64,000 nucleotides of DNA from Nitrospirota bacterium (lineage in GTDB: Bacteria; Nitrospirota; UBA9217), in contig CAVVUN010000001.1 of NCBI GenBank assembly GCA_963751455.1, forward strand, positions 128,001 through 192,000, read 5' to 3'. The translations under genes and the position numbers were made by a program. The notes under the pieces were generated by a model, which saw nothing but the letters and a program-made list of their open reading frames with translations, made no database searches and was not told the origin of the DNA. Below, piece after piece: positions 38,347 through 50,726 of the stretch. Position 1 is the first letter of the stretch. Every line of letters starts with the position of its first letter.

Positions 38347-40785
38347 ATGTTTGAAAAGTTTACGGAACGAGGAAGAAAAGTAATTGTTTATGCTCGCGAA
38401 GAAGCCGAACGGCTTCAGAACGACTATCTCGGCACCGAGCACATCCTGCTCGGGACGCTTCGCGAGGAGGACGGCATCCCCGTCTCCGTACTCCGGAAAA
38501 TGGGGATTGATGTCGACCAGATCCGTGTTGAAGTAGAAAGGAACCTTCCTTCCAGCGGCAACACGCTCACGTTCGGCGATATACCGTTTACTCCTCGGGC
38601 AAAGAAAGTTCTCGAATACGCGGTTGAAGAAGCGCGGCTCCTCGGCCATAACTATATCGGAAGCGAACACCTTCTCCTCGGTCTGATCAGGGAAGAAGAA
38701 GGCATCGGCGGCAAGATACTTCGAAGCTTCGGAGTGAACCTGCTCGGCTCGCGGCAGTTGGTCATTAATTATCTGCGCCGCGCCGCCACCCAGGTCAGCG
38801 CTAAAAAAAGTCCCACCCCGGCGCTCGACGAATTCAGCAGGGACCTCACGCTTCTTGCAAAAAGCGGCAAGCTCGATCCCGTAATCGGTCGTGACCAGGA
38901 AATAGACCGTGTGCTCCAGATCCTGTCACGCAGGACCAAGAACAATCCCGTTATCATCGGCGAGGCCGGTATCGGCAAGACCGCCATTGTGGAAGGGCTC
39001 GCGCAGCGCATCATCAATTCCGACGTTCCCGAGAATATCCTGAACAAGCGGGTGGTATCGCTCGACCTCGGCGCGCTTATCGCAGGCACAAAATACCGCG
39101 GACAGTTCGAAGAGCGCCTCAAGATCGTGATGAAAGAAATTGTTCAGGCCGATAACATCATCTTGTTCATAGACGAACTCCATACTCTCGTCGGAGCAGG
39201 GGCCGCGGAAGGCTCTATCGACGCATCGAGCATGCTGAAACCGGCGCTGGCACGCGGAGAAGTCCAGTGCATCGGCGCAACCACGCTCGATGAGTTCAGA
39301 AAGCACATTGAAAAAGACGGCGCGCTCAAGCGACGGTTTCAACCAATATATGTGCAGCCGCCCAATGTCGAGGAAACAGTCAGCATAATCAAGGGCCTGC
39401 GTCCAAAGTACGAATCGCATCACAAGATAAGGATCACCGATGAAGCGGTGCTTGCTGCAACAAAGCTTGCAGATCGCTACATTACGGACCGTTATCTTCC
39501 TGACAAGGCAATCGATGTGATTGACGAAGCGGGCGCTAAGGCAAAGCTTAACCGGTATACGTATCCCGCGGAAATGAAGTCCATCGAGAAGAAGCTGAAA
39601 AAACTCGAACAGGAAAAGAACCTTTTCTCCCGAATAAAGGATTATGTCAGGGTTGAGTCGATCCACGAGGAAGAGGACCGTTTGAGAGAGACCCTCGACG
39701 GTATTCATAAGGACTGGAAAGACAATCAGGAAAAAAACGTCCCCGTTGTCGGCGAGGAAGAAGTAGCGGTGATCGTTTCACATATCACCGGCATCCCGCT
39801 TGCGAGGCTCGAAGAGAAAGAGGCTTCGCGGCTGCTCCGTATGGAAGAGGAACTCCATAAGCGGATCGTCGGCCAGGATGAATCCATTATTGCAGTTTCG
39901 CGCGCGATCAGACGTTCCCGCGTCGGCCTCAAAGGCCGGAAACAGCCGATCGGATCCTTTATTTTCCTGGGACCTACCGGCGTCGGCAAGACAGAACTCG
40001 CGCGCTCCCTTGCGATGTTCCTGTTCGACAGCGAAGACGCGCTTATCAGGGTCGACATGTCCGAATATATGGAAAAATTCAGTTCATCCAGGCTTGTCGG
40101 TTCCCCCCCGGGATACGTCGGATACGATGACGGCGGCCAATTGACCGAGAAGATCCGTCGCAGACCGTATTCCGTTGTGCTCTTCGATGAGATCGAGAAG
40201 GCTCACCCGGATATTTTCAACATGTTGCTCCAGGTCCTGGACGACGGGTTTATGACCGACAGCTTCGGCAGAAGAGTGGATTTCCGTAACACGGTCATCA
40301 TCATGACCTCCAACCTGGGCGCCCGGATGATCGACAAGGATACGACGCTCGGATTCCAGCAATCCAGTTCGCAGAGTCAATATGAAAAGATGAAAGGAAA
40401 CGTAATAGCCGAGTTGAAGAGATCGTTCAATCCCGAGTTTTTAAACAGGATCGACGATGTGGTGGTCTTCCACCCGCTGACCAACGAACATCTCGTAAAG
40501 ATCGTGGACATGCTCGTTGAAGAATTGAACAACCAGATGATGGTGGACCGCAGCATCCAACTCGAGGTTTCGCCCGAAGTAAAAGAATGGATCATCCGTG
40601 AAAATTACCAGCCCACTTACGGCGCCAGGCCCATGCGGCGGGCCATCCAGAAATATCTTGCAGATCCTCTTTCAGAAGAGATCCTGAGAGGCCGGTTCAA
40701 GGACATTCATAAGGTGCTTGTGGCTTTCAAGAACGGCTCGATAGAATTCCAGGAAGAAGAAGCGATTCTTCTTGCCAAGGTCTAA
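38347..40785 (+). CDS. clpC: ATP-dependent Clp protease ATP-binding subunit ClpC
   Basis: MFEKFTER, Clp-N repeats, two Walker A motifs ([16 protein letters not shown]), short middle domain, GARPMRR. Confidence 0.93.
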   Translation: MFEKFTERGRKVIVYAREEAERLQNDYLGTEHILLGTLREEDGIPVSVLRKMGIDVDQIRVEVERNLPSSGNTLTFGDIPFTPRAKKVLEYAVEEARLLGHNYIGSEHLLLGLIREEEGIGGKILRSFGVNLLGSRQLVINYLRRAATQVSAKKSPTPALDEFSRDLTLLAKSGKLDPVIGRDQEIDRVLQILSRRTKNNPVIIGEAGIGKTAIVEGLAQRIINSDVPENILNKRVVSLDLGALIAGTKYRGQFEERLKIVMKEIVQADNIILFIDELHTLVGAGAAEGSIDASSMLKPALARGEVQCIGATTLDEFRKHIEKDGALKRRFQPIYVQPPNVEETVSIIKGLRPKYESHHKIRITDEAVLAATKLADRYITDRYLPDKAIDVIDEAGAKAKLNRYTYPAEMKSIEKKLKKLEQEKNLFSRIKDYVRVESIHEEEDRLRETLDGIHKDWKDNQEKNVPVVGEEEVAVIVSHITGIPLARLEEKEASRLLRMEEELHKRIVGQDESIIAVSRAIRRSRVGLKGRKQPIGSFIFLGPTGVGKTELARSLAMFLFDSEDALIRVDMSEYMEKFSSSRLVGSPPGYVGYDDGGQLTEKIRRRPYSVVLFDEIEKAHPDIFNMLLQVLDDGFMTDSFGRRVDFRNTVIIMTSNLGARMIDKDTTLGFQQSSSQSQYEKMKGNVIAELKRSFNPEFLNRIDDVVVFHPLTNEHLVKIVDMLVEELNNQMMVDRSIQLEVSPEVKEWIIRENYQPTYGARPMRRAIQKYLADPLSEEILRGRFKDIHKVLVAFKNGSIEFQEEEAILLAKV

Positions 40786-40806
40786 AGTCTAAACCTCATT
40801 ATAAAT

Positions 40807-40839
40807 AAAAAAGGAGCGGTAATTCCGCTCCTTTTTTTT
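40807..40839. terminator. Bidirectional rho-independent terminator
   Basis: A6-GGAGCGG-TAATT-CCGCTCC-T8 between convergent genes. Confidence 0.9.
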
Positions 40840-40852
40840 GTCCATACCTTTT

Positions 40853-42088
40853 TTATTTTATCACCTGATCGATAAAAATGCCTGCTGCAGCAAAAGCCTG
40901 TTCTGGGGTACCAGAACCGTCATCAAGCATAAAAATCCCCTTCCTTACGGACCTGCTGAGAAGCGCCTGTTTCCCCGATGTTTGGATCTTTTTAAACGAA
41001 ATTCCTTCCGGAAGCCTGAACGATTTCGTCTGCGGTTCGCGGTGTTCTTGAACAACCAGAAAATCGTCCAAAAAAGGGATCAGCGAGGCAACCCGCGCAG
41101 TTCTCTCTTCCTTCGGCAAGTGACTGCCGCTCGAGGAAAAAGAAACAGAAAGCGTCCTCATCCCCCGTTGTGCAGCAGCTTCATCGTCCCTGGTACTCAG
41201 CGAAACCATAAAAAAAAGGTCGGGCCGGGAATAATCACTGAGACAAAGTACATGCTGCAGCATGCTTACAGGCACCACTTCATCCCTGATGCCCATAAAA
41301 ATGCGGCATCTCTTTGCGGAAGCATCGAAGTTGAGCAGCACTGCATCGCTTTCAATGACGTCCTGCTCTATGTTCAAGCGCGGCGGGCGCCCTTCCTGAA
41401 GCACGATCTCCGAAAAGGGAACACCGAATCTTATTTCGCCTCCGTTCTTCAGCAGCGAATTGACCATTTGTTGCGCCACGGAAGCAAACCCGCCATGAAC
41501 CATGAAAGGAGCGGAATCGCACAAGGTTATAAGCGAAGAAAGCGAAAGAGCTGCGACCGGCTGCTCAAAGAAAACATGAGACTGCACATCGAGGAAGGCA
41601 AAAAATTCCGGCGTGAAGCCGTATTTGCTGAGGAAACCGCGGGCGGTCCGGTGCCTCGATAGAAAAGCTGCAAGACCTCCCTTGGCCTGCAGCTCCGCCT
41701 CTTTGCGGATATCCCGGTAAAAACGCGCGATAGCGTCTATTTCGTCCGGGAATTCCCGGCTCAGCTCTTCGAGGGTCTCTCCCTGCTCCGAATAGAGAGT
41801 GATCCGTTTCCCGGGAAGGGCTACCTGGTAGCAGGGCGAATATACGGACGCTCCCGGAGCGATTCCCAGGCTCTCCATGAATTTTTGAATCGAGCCGCCC
41901 CGTTCGAAACCGAACGACAGGTCCGGTCCGGAAAAAACAAAATTCTTCTTTCTGAAAGCCGCCCACGACCCTCCTGCGGTTGTCTCGGGAGCGAGCACGA
42001 TCACTTTTTTATTCTGCCTCGCTGCCAGGGAAGCCGCTGCCAGGCCGCCCAGACCTGCTCCGACCACTGCGACATCGTATTTCGGCAA
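40853..42088 (-). CDS. FAD/NAD(P)-dependent oxidoreductase, phytoene dehydrogenase-like
   Basis: YDVAVVGAGLGGL Rossmann motif, V.GG motif; TTG start at 42088 after AGGAGG. Confidence 0.75.
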   Translation of the reverse strand: MPKYDVAVVGAGLGGLAAASLAARQNKKVIVLAPETTAGGSWAAFRKKNFVFSGPDLSFGFERGGSIQKFMESLGIAPGASVYSPCYQVALPGKRITLYSEQGETLEELSREFPDEIDAIARFYRDIRKEAELQAKGGLAAFLSRHRTARGFLSKYGFTPEFFAFLDVQSHVFFEQPVAALSLSSLITLCDSAPFMVHGGFASVAQQMVNSLLKNGGEIRFGVPFSEIVLQEGRPPRLNIEQDVIESDAVLLNFDASAKRCRIFMGIRDEVVPVSMLQHVLCLSDYSRPDLFFMVSLSTRDDEAAAQRGMRTLSVSFSSSGSHLPKEERTARVASLIPFLDDFLVVQEHREPQTKSFRLPEGISFKKIQTSGKQALLSRSVRKGIFMLDDGSGTPEQAFAAAGIFIDQVIK

Positions 42089-42215
42089 GGTTCCTCCTGT
42101 ACATGTCCCCAAAAAACAGAAATTACTCTGGTCCAATGCTGGCACAGAACGAGGGGCGCTCGGTCCTGTGCATTTATAAAACTTAAAGAATCCGCTGAAC
42201 GACATGGTCACAAAC

Positions 42216-42255
42216 AAAAAAGGAAATAGGGTTATATTGCATCTTCCTATTTCCT
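42216..42255 (-). terminator. Terminator-like hairpin after pnp
   Basis: Stem AGGAAATAGG / CCTATTTCCT with T6 on the minus strand. Confidence 0.65.
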
Positions 42256-42287
42256 CTCCGTCACCTTATCATCTTCAGTAGTATGCG

Positions 42288-44381
42288 CTATTGCGTCTTG
42301 GCCTTCTCCCGCATCGCTTCCTTGCGCGACAACCGGATCTTGCCCTGGCGGTCTATCTCGAGCACTTTTACCAGCACTTCGTCACCCTCGTGCAATTCGT
42401 CAGTTACCTTCTCCAGCCGCCGTTCGGATATCTGAGAAATGTGCAGCAGACCGTCGGTTCCGGGGAATATTTCGACAAAGGCGCCGAAGTCCATGATTTT
42501 TCGGACCTTGCCCATATAGAGCTTGCCGACCTCGGCCTCTTGCACGATTCCTCGTATAATTTCCTTGGCCTTGTTCGCAGCCGCTTCATCCGAGGAAGCG
42601 ATATTGATTATGCCGCTGTCCTCAATATCGATCTTTGCTCCGGTCTGTTCGACGATGCTTCGGATCACCTTGCCCCCGCTGCCGATCACGTCCTTGATCT
42701 TGTCCGGGTTGATCTGCATGGTGATGATCCTAGGCGCGAAGGGGTTCAACGTTTTCCTGGGCAGCGGCAGGGTTTCGAGCATTTTGCCGAGAATATGGAG
42801 CCGTCCGTCCTTCGCCTGCTGGAGCGCACGGCGCATCACTTCGATCGTGATGCCCTCTATCTTCATGTCCATTTGAAGCGCTGTGATGCCTTCGCTCGTC
42901 CCGGTCACCTTGAAATCCATGTCGCCCAGGTGGTCTTCAAGGCCGAGAATATCGGACAGCACGACTACCCGATCCCCTTCCTTGATAAGGCCCATCGCGA
43001 TTCCAGCAACCGGCGCCTTGATCGGGACACCCGCGTCCATCAGGGCCAGCGTACCTCCGCAAACGGTCGCCATCGAAGACGACCCGTTCGATTCCAGGAT
43101 GTCTGACACGAGCCTGATAGTATAGGGGAACTCCAGCTTTGACGGTACCATGGCCTTCAGGGCCCGCTCCGCAAGCGCCCCATGACCGACTTCACGCCTG
43201 CCCGGTCCCCGAAGCGGCTTGGTTTCTCCCACGCTGAACGGAGGGAAGTTGTAGTGCAGCATGAAGGTCTTGAAGTATTCACCTTCCAGTGAATCGATAC
43301 GCTGTTCATCCTCGGAAGTGCCCAACGTCGCCACAACCAGGGCCTGTGTTTCGCCTCTCGTAAAGAGCGCACAACCATGAGTCCTCGGCAGAAGCCCGAC
43401 CGCCGAGCTGATCGGCCGTATCTCCTCCGGTTTTCTTCCATCGGCACGAACGCTTTTATCGAGGATGATCTTCCGTACCTCATCTTTTTCGAGACCCAGG
43501 AATATCGTTGATACCTGGCGATTCCTCAGCGGGTCGTCGTTCTTGAGTTTCTGCTTGATCTCGTCAAGCAGAACATCCAGTGTTTTCTGCCGTTCCATTT
43601 TGTTCGGGATTACGATGGAAGTCCGAAGACGCTCCATGGCGAGGTCAGCGACCTGGGCCGCAAGTTCCTTGTCGATCTCCACGGTCTTGACCGACCGTTT
43701 CTGCTTACCGACTTTTGCAACCAGATCGTTCTGAAGCGCTACTATTTTCTTTATCTCGCGATGAGCTGCTTCCAGCGCTTCGAGCATCTGGTCCTCGCTC
43801 AGTTCGCTGGCTCCGCCCTCTACCATCATGATTGCGTCTGCTGTCCCCGCTACTACCAGGTTAAGCCGGGTGTTCTCGAGGTCCTTTTGACCCGGGTTGA
43901 TCATGTAAGTTCCGTCCTTGTACCCGACGCGCACCGCTCCAATGGGTCCGTTGAACGGAATATCGGATATCGCAAGGGCAGCAGAGGAGGCAATCATCCC
44001 CATAAGATCCATGGAGCTTTCGTCCCCGATGGAAAGTACAGATGCGATGATCTGCGTGTCGAAGTAATAACCTTCGGGAAACAATGGCCGTATCGGGCGG
44101 TCGATCAATCTCGAGGTCAGTATCTCTTTTTCGCTCTGCCGTCCTTCCCGTTTGAAAAAGCCTCCGGGAATCCTTCCTGCCGCATACGCTTTTTCCTGAT
44201 AATCTACTGTCAACGGGAAGAAAATCCACGTTTTCTCTTTCGACCTTCGATGCGACTGCCGTCGACAAAACCACGGTATCTCCGTATCTGGCAACGACGG
44301 CTCCGCTGGCCTGTTTGGCCATAAGTCCTGTTTCCAGAATTATCGTCTGCCGCTTATTTCTGTTTCTACCGTTGTTACCAT
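42288..44381 (-). CDS. pnp: Polyribonucleotide nucleotidyltransferase; frameshifts in the first ~60 codons
   Basis: [13 protein letters not shown] (alternate frame), [37 protein letters not shown] and S1 domains; ATG at 44381. Confidence 0.96.
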
Positions 44382-44413
44382 GAACCCTCTCTTTTCCCTT
44401 GGAATTGACGCTG

Positions 44414-44677
44414 CTACTTCCGTATGCCGAGTTGATCAATTACCTGGCGATAACGATCAAGATCGTTTTTCTTCAGATAATCCAGATGACGCCGCCGCTG
44501 GCCGACCATCTTCAGGAGACCCCTCCGCGAATGATGGTCATGCTTGTGCGACTGCAGGTGTTCTGTCAGATGCGTGATTCTTCCGCTGAGAAGCGCGATT
44601 TGCACTTCCGGAGAGCCCGTATCTGAAGGATGCCTGCGATACGTATTGATCAGACTGTTTTTCTTTTCCTTATCCAT
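44414..44677 (-). CDS. rpsO: 30S ribosomal protein S15
   Basis: [34 protein letters not shown]. Confidence 0.97.
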   Translation of the reverse strand: MDKEKKNSLINTYRRHPSDTGSPEVQIALLSGRITHLTEHLQSHKHDHHSRRGLLKMVGQRRRHLDYLKKNDLDRYRQVIDQLGIRK

Positions 44678-44827
44678 TCAACCGTACCTCCTTTCATGAG
44701 TATTCGTAAAGCGTTAAATTATCATATTTTCATATTGTTGTAAAGCAATATATTCGCGTTGGTGCTGCTTTGCGAGACGCGCCGAGGCACATGAGTGACT
44801 GCCTGCAACGCGCTGCACCGGATCTCT

Positions 44828-45708
44828 TCAACTAAGAACAAGTTCCGGCCGGATTTCCCGCTCCCACGCTCTTGCCACCGCGAGCAGCGCCCCGGACGGT
44901 CCGTGTATCCTGAGCGGTGTGGCGCCGGAGCCGGACAAATCCGGATCCGCAATCCGGTTACCGTGACTAATTTTGTTTGCATCCGCCTGGTTTACCTTAA
45001 GAGAGGGAAAATCGGAAAGCGCCTCATCAATCGATATTAAAACCTTTTCCAGAGCTCCTGCAGCTGCAAAACCGGCAAGCTGATCGAGAGATAGCGAGCA
45101 CTCAATCGTGAATCGGCCAGACCTCGACCGTTCGAGAACGGCAAGGTGCGCCCCGGCGCCGAGCGACCTCTCCGATATCAGCGCAGAGCGATCTGATATA
45201 CACGCCTTTGGAGCATGCTACTGTCATGTTGACGAGCGGGTCTTCATATCCGGTCAACTCAATGCTGAAGATCGAAACCTGTCGGGGCATGTGCGGTTGC
45301 GCTTTTCCCATGCGTGCGAGCCTGTACGACGCTACGCCGCCCACCTTTACCGCAGAATAAGCGGGCGGACGCTGCATGATCGTGCCGGTAAAACCGCGGA
45401 GAACACTGAAGCAGCGCCGACCGATCAGGCGGGCTGTACGGCCGCCTTTCAACCACGCGGCCGTCTGCGTCAAGCGTATCGGTGATGATCCCGAGACGCA
45501 TAACTGCCTTGTATTCCTTCTCTCCCGCCTCGATATACTGCGCAATTCTGGTTGCCTTGCCCGCGCAAAGAACGAGAACGCCCGTGGCACCAGGGTCCAG
45601 TGTTCCGGTATGGCCGATCCGCTTTTGCCCCGTGATCCGCCGCGCCGCCTGGACAACATCGTGCGATGTCATACCGGAGGGTTTATTTATATTAAGAACG
45701 CCGTCCAT
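44828..45708 (-). CDS. truB: tRNA pseudouridine(55) synthase; multiple frameshifts
   Basis: GHTGTLDPGATGVL in one frame; QRPPAYSAVKVGG and CSKGVYIRSLCADIG in another; probable stop at 44828. Confidence 0.9.
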
Positions 45709-45714
45709 AGACCG

Positions 45715-46691
45715 TTAAGGCTTTTCAACTGCGAGTGCGACCGCCCTGCTTACGGCGCCTATGACGCGTGCCTTTATTTCGGCCAACGTGCCGTCCAGTA
45801 CGCCGCCTGCCGCGTTTTTATGCCCTCCGCCGCCAAGCGACTGCGCCACTGCGGAAACATCGACACGTCCTTTTGACCGAAGGCTTATCTTAAACTGAGA
45901 ATCTGCGGTCTGTCTGAACAGTATCGCTACTTCGACACCTTTGGTTGAGCGGACAAAGTTGATAAAATTGTCGGTGTCCTCTGCTGAAGCGCCATGCCTT
46001 CGAAACAACTCCTCGGTCACCGTCACCCAGGCAATTTTACCGTCATTGCTGCATTCCATCCCGGACAGAACGCTTCCGAGCAGTTTCAGCCGTCTGTACG
46101 CAAAAGATTCGTATACGTTTTCGGTAACTATCCATGGATCAGCGCCTGATTCTATCAAGGGAGGCGGCAATCCTCATGCTCTTCGGGGTTGTGTTCGTGT
46201 ATCGAAACGAACCGGTGTCGGTCAGAATTGCAGTATACAGACAGATCGCTATCTCGGGGTCAATGCCGACTCCGAGCAAATTGATGAGTTCATACACCAT
46301 TTCTCCCGTTGCCGAAGCAGAAGAATCGAGCCAGGTAAAAGGCCAATCGAGCTGATTCGTAATGTGATGGTCTACGTTGATCAGCTTATCGGCCGGACAC
46401 GATGTATCGAAAAGGCCTGTTCGAGCGGGATCGGAATCAAGAACCACGACGGCGTCGTACCGGCCCTTTGATTTCAGTTCCCGTTCGTATCTTTTCGGAT
46501 ACGGGAAGAAACCGGTACATCTCCGGGACCGGATCTGCGTTCTGCGCCGTTACCTTCTTTTTCAGCTTCTCGAGAGCAAGCATGAGCGCAATTTCCGAGC
46601 CCAGTGCGTCTCCGTCCGGATTTCGGTGGACGGTTATCAGCACGCTGCCGCAGGACTTCAGTAGAGAGGCGACATCGGATGCTTCACTCAT
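45715..46691 (-). CDS. nrnA: DHH-family oligoribonuclease/PAP phosphatase NrnA; two frameshifts
   Basis: H.NPDGDALGS, NVDHH.TN, TDTGSFRY and SLRSK...GGGGHKNAAG spread over three consecutive ORFs. Confidence 0.88.
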
Positions 46692-46693
46692 CC

Positions 46694-47053
46694 TCAGGGC
46701 CTTTCTTCTTCTCCTCGATCTCCCTCGAGAAGCTCCATGATATGTGCGCCCTGTTCGACGCTCGTGTCGAAACGGAACAGGAGCTCGGGGATAAACCGCA
46801 ACCGCATCCGTTTGCCGAGTTCCGATCGTATGAACGGCGCGGCGTTCTTGAGACCGGCAAGGGACGTTTTCTTATCGCCTCCGTAGACGCTTACGAAAAC
46901 AGTTGCGTTTCTCAGGTCATGGGCCACATCTACGCCGGTTACGGTTACGAAACCGATTCTCGGGTCCTTTATCTTGCGCATGAGGATATCGGCGATCTCC
47001 TGCTTCATCTGATCGCCGACGCGGTCGGATCGTTTAAAGGTTGGTTTTGACAT
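46694..47053 (-). CDS. rbfA: Ribosome-binding factor A
   Basis: R.DRV, IKDPRIGFVTVT.V, LRFIPELLF.FDTS. Confidence 0.95.
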   Translation of the reverse strand: MSKPTFKRSDRVGDQMKQEIADILMRKIKDPRIGFVTVTGVDVAHDLRNATVFVSVYGGDKKTSLAGLKNAAPFIRSELGKRMRLRFIPELLFRFDTSVEQGAHIMELLEGDRGEEERP

Positions 47054-47110
47054 GGGATTGAACAGACAACGGAGGACAAATCGCAAGACTGTCTTCGCTG
47101 CTCCGCCTCG

Positions 47111-47393
47111 TTAAAATATCTCTATGTGATAATCCAGCAGACTCAGCTCGGGTACGGCGCGAACCATGTTTAATACGTGGTCCATTGTCTGGTTGAGGTG
47201 GCTCTTATCGTTACTTACGGCAGCTACTGCGAGGGATGCTTTCTGCCAGAGGTCATTGTCTGCGATCTCAGCAACCGACACATTGAACTCTGCTCCGGAT
47301 CCGGTCTTTCAGACTCCGGAGCGAATGTCTCTTGTTCTTCAGAGATCCGCTCTCCGGGATATGCATTTCAATAGTGCAAACAGCGATGAACAT
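47111..47393 (-). CDS. DUF503 (YlxP) protein; one extra base
   Basis: Manual translation MFIAVCTIEMHIPESGSLKNKRHSLRSLKDRIRS / FNVSVAEIADNDLWQKASLAVAAVSND...; span of 283 nt is 3n+1; canonical position between infB and rbfA. Confidence 0.85.
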
Positions 47394-47414
47394 TGCTATA
47401 CCGACTGCCGACTG

Positions 47415-50033
47415 TTAGAGCTTCGCGGCAACTTTATCGATAACATAGGCTTCGATCACATCGCCTACCTTGAGGTCGTTGAAATTCTCCACGCCCAGAC
47501 CGCATTCGTAACCCGTCTGGACTTCGCGGACATCGTCCTTGAAGCGTTTGAGCGAATTCAGTTTTCCTTCATACACAAGCACGTTGTCCCTGAGCACCCG
47601 TATACCGTCCGCCTGCCTTGTCATGACGCCTTCCACAACGTAAGAACCCGCGATGGTGCCGATCTTCGAGACATGGAACGTCTGGCGTACCTCGGCGCGT
47701 CCCAAAACGCGCTCTTTGAGGGTCGGCTCAAGCAGTCCTTCCATGGCGGCCTTTATATCGTCGATCGCGTTATAGATGATATTGTAAAGGCGTACATCCA
47801 CTCCCTCGCGCTGCGCCAGTTCCGTGCCCTTCGGTTCGGGCCTCACATTAAACCCGATGATAATGGCGTTGGATGCGGCAGCAAGCATTACATCCGTTTC
47901 AGTGATTGCGCCGACTGAGCTGTGAATGACCTTGAGTTTCACTGCGGGTGTCGAAAGCTTTTCGAGCGAATCGACGATAGCGCCTGCCGAACCGGACACA
48001 TCGGCCTTGATCACGATGTTAAGTTCCTTCACCATTCCTTCCTGGATCTGCGCATGAAGGTCTTCGAGCGTTACTTTTTTCATCGTGGACAGTTCGAACG
48101 TTCGCTGCTTTGCCTGGCGGAGTTCCGCTATTTGACGCGCCTTGCGTTCTTCCTCGAGCACCACGAACCGCTCGCCTGCGAGCGGAACACTGGAAAAACC
48201 GATCACTTCGGCCGGCATGGATGGCCCCGCCTGATCAATCCGTACACTCTTGTCGTTAATGAGCGCGCGCACCTTTCCGAACTGCGCGCCGGTGACGAAG
48301 AAATCTCCGACCTTGACGGTACCGGACTGGACAAGCACGGTCGCCACGGGGCCCCGCCCCTTGTCGAGCTTCGCTTCAATCACGGTCCCGCGGGCCATTT
48401 TATTTGGATTCGCTTTCAGTTCCAGAACATCAGCCTGAATGAGGATCATTTCGAGCAGGTGTTCAAGCCCGATTTTCTTCTTCGCGGAAACCTCGCAGAA
48501 GATGGTCTGCCCTCCCCATTCTTCGGGAACAAGCTCGAACTCGGAAAGTTCATGTTTGACCCTGTCCGGTTTGGCTTCCGGTTTGTCTATCTTGTTGATC
48601 GCCACGATGATCGGCACTCCTGCAGCCTTTGCGTGGTTGACCGCCTCTCTGGTCTGCGGCATAACGCCGTCATCCGCGGCAACAACCAGGATGACGATAT
48701 CCGTCACCTGGGCTCCACGCGCACGCATGGCCGTGAATGCGGCATGACCCGGCGTGTCGAGGAACGAAATGTCCCTTCCCTTCAAGCTTACCTGGTAAGC
48801 GCCGATATGCTGCGTGATGCCGCCCGCTTCCTTGGAGACGACATTGGTTTCCCGTATGGCGTCCAGGAGCGATGTTTTGCCGTGGTCGACATGGCCCATA
48901 ATCGTAACCACCGGCGGCCGTATCAGCATGGCCTCCGCCTCATCCGCCTTTTCTTCGAGCAGGTCTTCCGCGGATTCGATGCTCGTCATCTCAGCCTTGA
49001 TTCCGTATTCGTCCGCCATGAGCATAGCGGCATCCGTGTCCATCGACTGGTTCTGGGTGGCCATGATCCCCATGGCCATCAGTTTTTTCATTACGTCGCC
49101 CACTTTTTGGCCGACGATCTCTGCAAATTCCTTTATGGTGCACCCTTCCTGGATCTTTACGACCTTTTTCCGGGGCTTCGTGATTTCCGCAACATCGGTC
49201 TGCTGGATATTGTATTTATCATCCTTTTTATGCGGCTTTTTCCCGGCAGGAAGCGTTTTGAGGTCCGGCATTTTCTTAAAAGTCGGTTTTTCACGGAACT
49301 CGCGCTCCTGCTTCTGTTCGAAATCCGTCTTCTTCTGCCATTTTTTCTTCGCACCTTTCCCCGGGGCAGGAGTCGGGATCAGTGAAGGCGGAACCTGGGA
49401 GGGCGCCAGCACGGGAGAGCCGAAAGAAGATCTTGTTGTAAACGGCCTTCCCGAAGGACGTCCGTCTCCTGCAGGTCTCTGGTATCCTGTATGCGGCCGG
49501 CCTGAAGGGACCATGCCCGGCCGGGTCTGAGCAGGACGCTGCGGCGGTATACTGGCAGTCGTTTGTGTCGGGGCTGCGGCGGCGGGCGCCGAAGAGACTG
49601 CCGCGGCGCCTTCTTTTTCTTCACTGGATTTTACGGGCGTAACAGGTGCGGGCTTGGCCTGTCCCGCGGGAGGAATGACCGGAGGCGCGGGAATAACCGG
49701 TTTGGGCAGCGGCGGCGGGATCGGAGCCGGCTTTGGCTTGGTGCCGGGCTTTTCGAGTGTCGAGGAGAATTTGCCTATCAGTGCTGCCGCTTTTTTCATC
49801 CGTTCTTCCCTGGAAAGAAGCGGGTCGACGGCGACGGCATCTTTGTCCTTTTTTACTTTTTCTTTTTCCTTGCGGACAGCCTTCAGCTTTTCGATCAGGG
49901 ACTTGGTCTCCTTGTCATCAAGACCGCTGGACGCAGTTTTCCCCTTGATCCCCATTTTTTCAAGGACGACAACGAGGTCTTTGCTCTCTACGCCCATTTT
50001 TTTTGCCAGTTCGTGCACCCTGATCACGGTCAT
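47415..50033 (-). CDS. infB: Translation initiation factor IF-2
   Basis: RVHELAK N-terminus, [46 protein letters not shown]. Confidence 0.98.
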   Translation of the reverse strand: MTVIRVHELAKKMGVESKDLVVVLEKMGIKGKTASSGLDDKETKSLIEKLKAVRKEKEKVKKDKDAVAVDPLLSREERMKKAAALIGKFSSTLEKPGTKPKPAPIPPPLPKPVIPAPPVIPPAGQAKPAPVTPVKSSEEKEGAAAVSSAPAAAAPTQTTASIPPQRPAQTRPGMVPSGRPHTGYQRPAGDGRPSGRPFTTRSSFGSPVLAPSQVPPSLIPTPAPGKGAKKKWQKKTDFEQKQEREFREKPTFKKMPDLKTLPAGKKPHKKDDKYNIQQTDVAEITKPRKKVVKIQEGCTIKEFAEIVGQKVGDVMKKLMAMGIMATQNQSMDTDAAMLMADEYGIKAEMTSIESAEDLLEEKADEAEAMLIRPPVVTIMGHVDHGKTSLLDAIRETNVVSKEAGGITQHIGAYQVSLKGRDISFLDTPGHAAFTAMRARGAQVTDIVILVVAADDGVMPQTREAVNHAKAAGVPIIVAINKIDKPEAKPDRVKHELSEFELVPEEWGGQTIFCEVSAKKKIGLEHLLEMILIQADVLELKANPNKMARGTVIEAKLDKGRGPVATVLVQSGTVKVGDFFVTGAQFGKVRALINDKSVRIDQAGPSMPAEVIGFSSVPLAGERFVVLEEERKARQIAELRQAKQRTFELSTMKKVTLEDLHAQIQEGMVKELNIVIKADVSGSAGAIVDSLEKLSTPAVKLKVIHSSVGAITETDVMLAAASNAIIIGFNVRPEPKGTELAQREGVDVRLYNIIYNAIDDIKAAMEGLLEPTLKERVLGRAEVRQTFHVSKIGTIAGSYVVEGVMTRQADGIRVLRDNVLVYEGKLNSLKRFKDDVREVQTGYECGLGVENFNDLKVGDVIEAYVIDKVAAKL

Positions 50034-50074
50034 AAAATCGTTTACCCCCAAAAAGTGACAATACTTATTGTACT

Positions 50075-50662
50075 CTACTCATTGATATTTATCAAGCTTT
50101 TTAATCTTTCGGTCTCTTTCCCTATTGCCTGAGCGAATCCGCTGTCTTCAATTGCAATCACTCCCACCAGTTCGCGGCCGAACATACCGCCCATTTCCTC
50201 GCGGGTAAAAAGGTTCGCATACGGAATGGATAAGGCCTGAAGCAGAACCTTCTCCTTGGTTCCTTCAGATACGTCCTCAGCACATAGGATCATCTGGACG
50301 CGGCCCTTCTCCAGGGCATCCCGCACTGCCGAATATCCTGCAGCGGCTTTGCCGGCCTTCATGGACATGGTCACAAGGGATCGTATCTTCTCCCGGACGC
50401 TTGAGGAAAGAATCTCTATAAAGGCCTCGACACTCCCCGACAACTTTTTCAACCGGAGCGCCCGGGAAAGGTTTTCGCGACTCAGCGCCTTCTCGATGCA
50501 CTGCCGATTTGGACAAACATAAGCGGCGCGTCCAGGCATCTTCTCGCGGTAGTCTATGACGGGACCTGCAGGTCCGGCTATAATTCTTACCAGATGTTGT
50601 TTATTAAAGCCGCCACGGCATCCTATGCAGGTCCTTTCGGGCTCGTGCTTCATCGTCTTCAT
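50075..50662 (-). CDS. YlxR (DUF448)-L7Ae/YlxQ fusion protein
   Basis: N-terminal PERTCIGC...GRAAYVC...CIEKA; C-terminal KAGKAAAG...A.DVS...[14 protein letters not shown]. Confidence 0.85.
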   Translation of the reverse strand: MKTMKHEPERTCIGCRGGFNKQHLVRIIAGPAGPVIDYREKMPGRAAYVCPNRQCIEKALSRENLSRALRLKKLSGSVEAFIEILSSSVREKIRSLVTMSMKAGKAAAGYSAVRDALEKGRVQMILCAEDVSEGTKEKVLLQALSIPYANLFTREEMGGMFGRELVGVIAIEDSGFAQAIGKETERLKSLININE

Positions 50663-50726
50663 TCGTTAAAAATCCTTCGGTTCGATTGGAGCCGTGCTTG
50701 CCGAAGGGATGAGTTTTCTCTGACCG

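Noticed and set aside
44200-47393. Programmed frameshifting or true pseudogenisation of pnp, truB, nrnA and DUF503
   Set aside because: Too many indels in adjacent conserved genes and no consistent slippery-site signal; sequencing error is simpler.
47922-49385. 487-aa plus-strand ORF
   Set aside because: Antisense shadow of infB.
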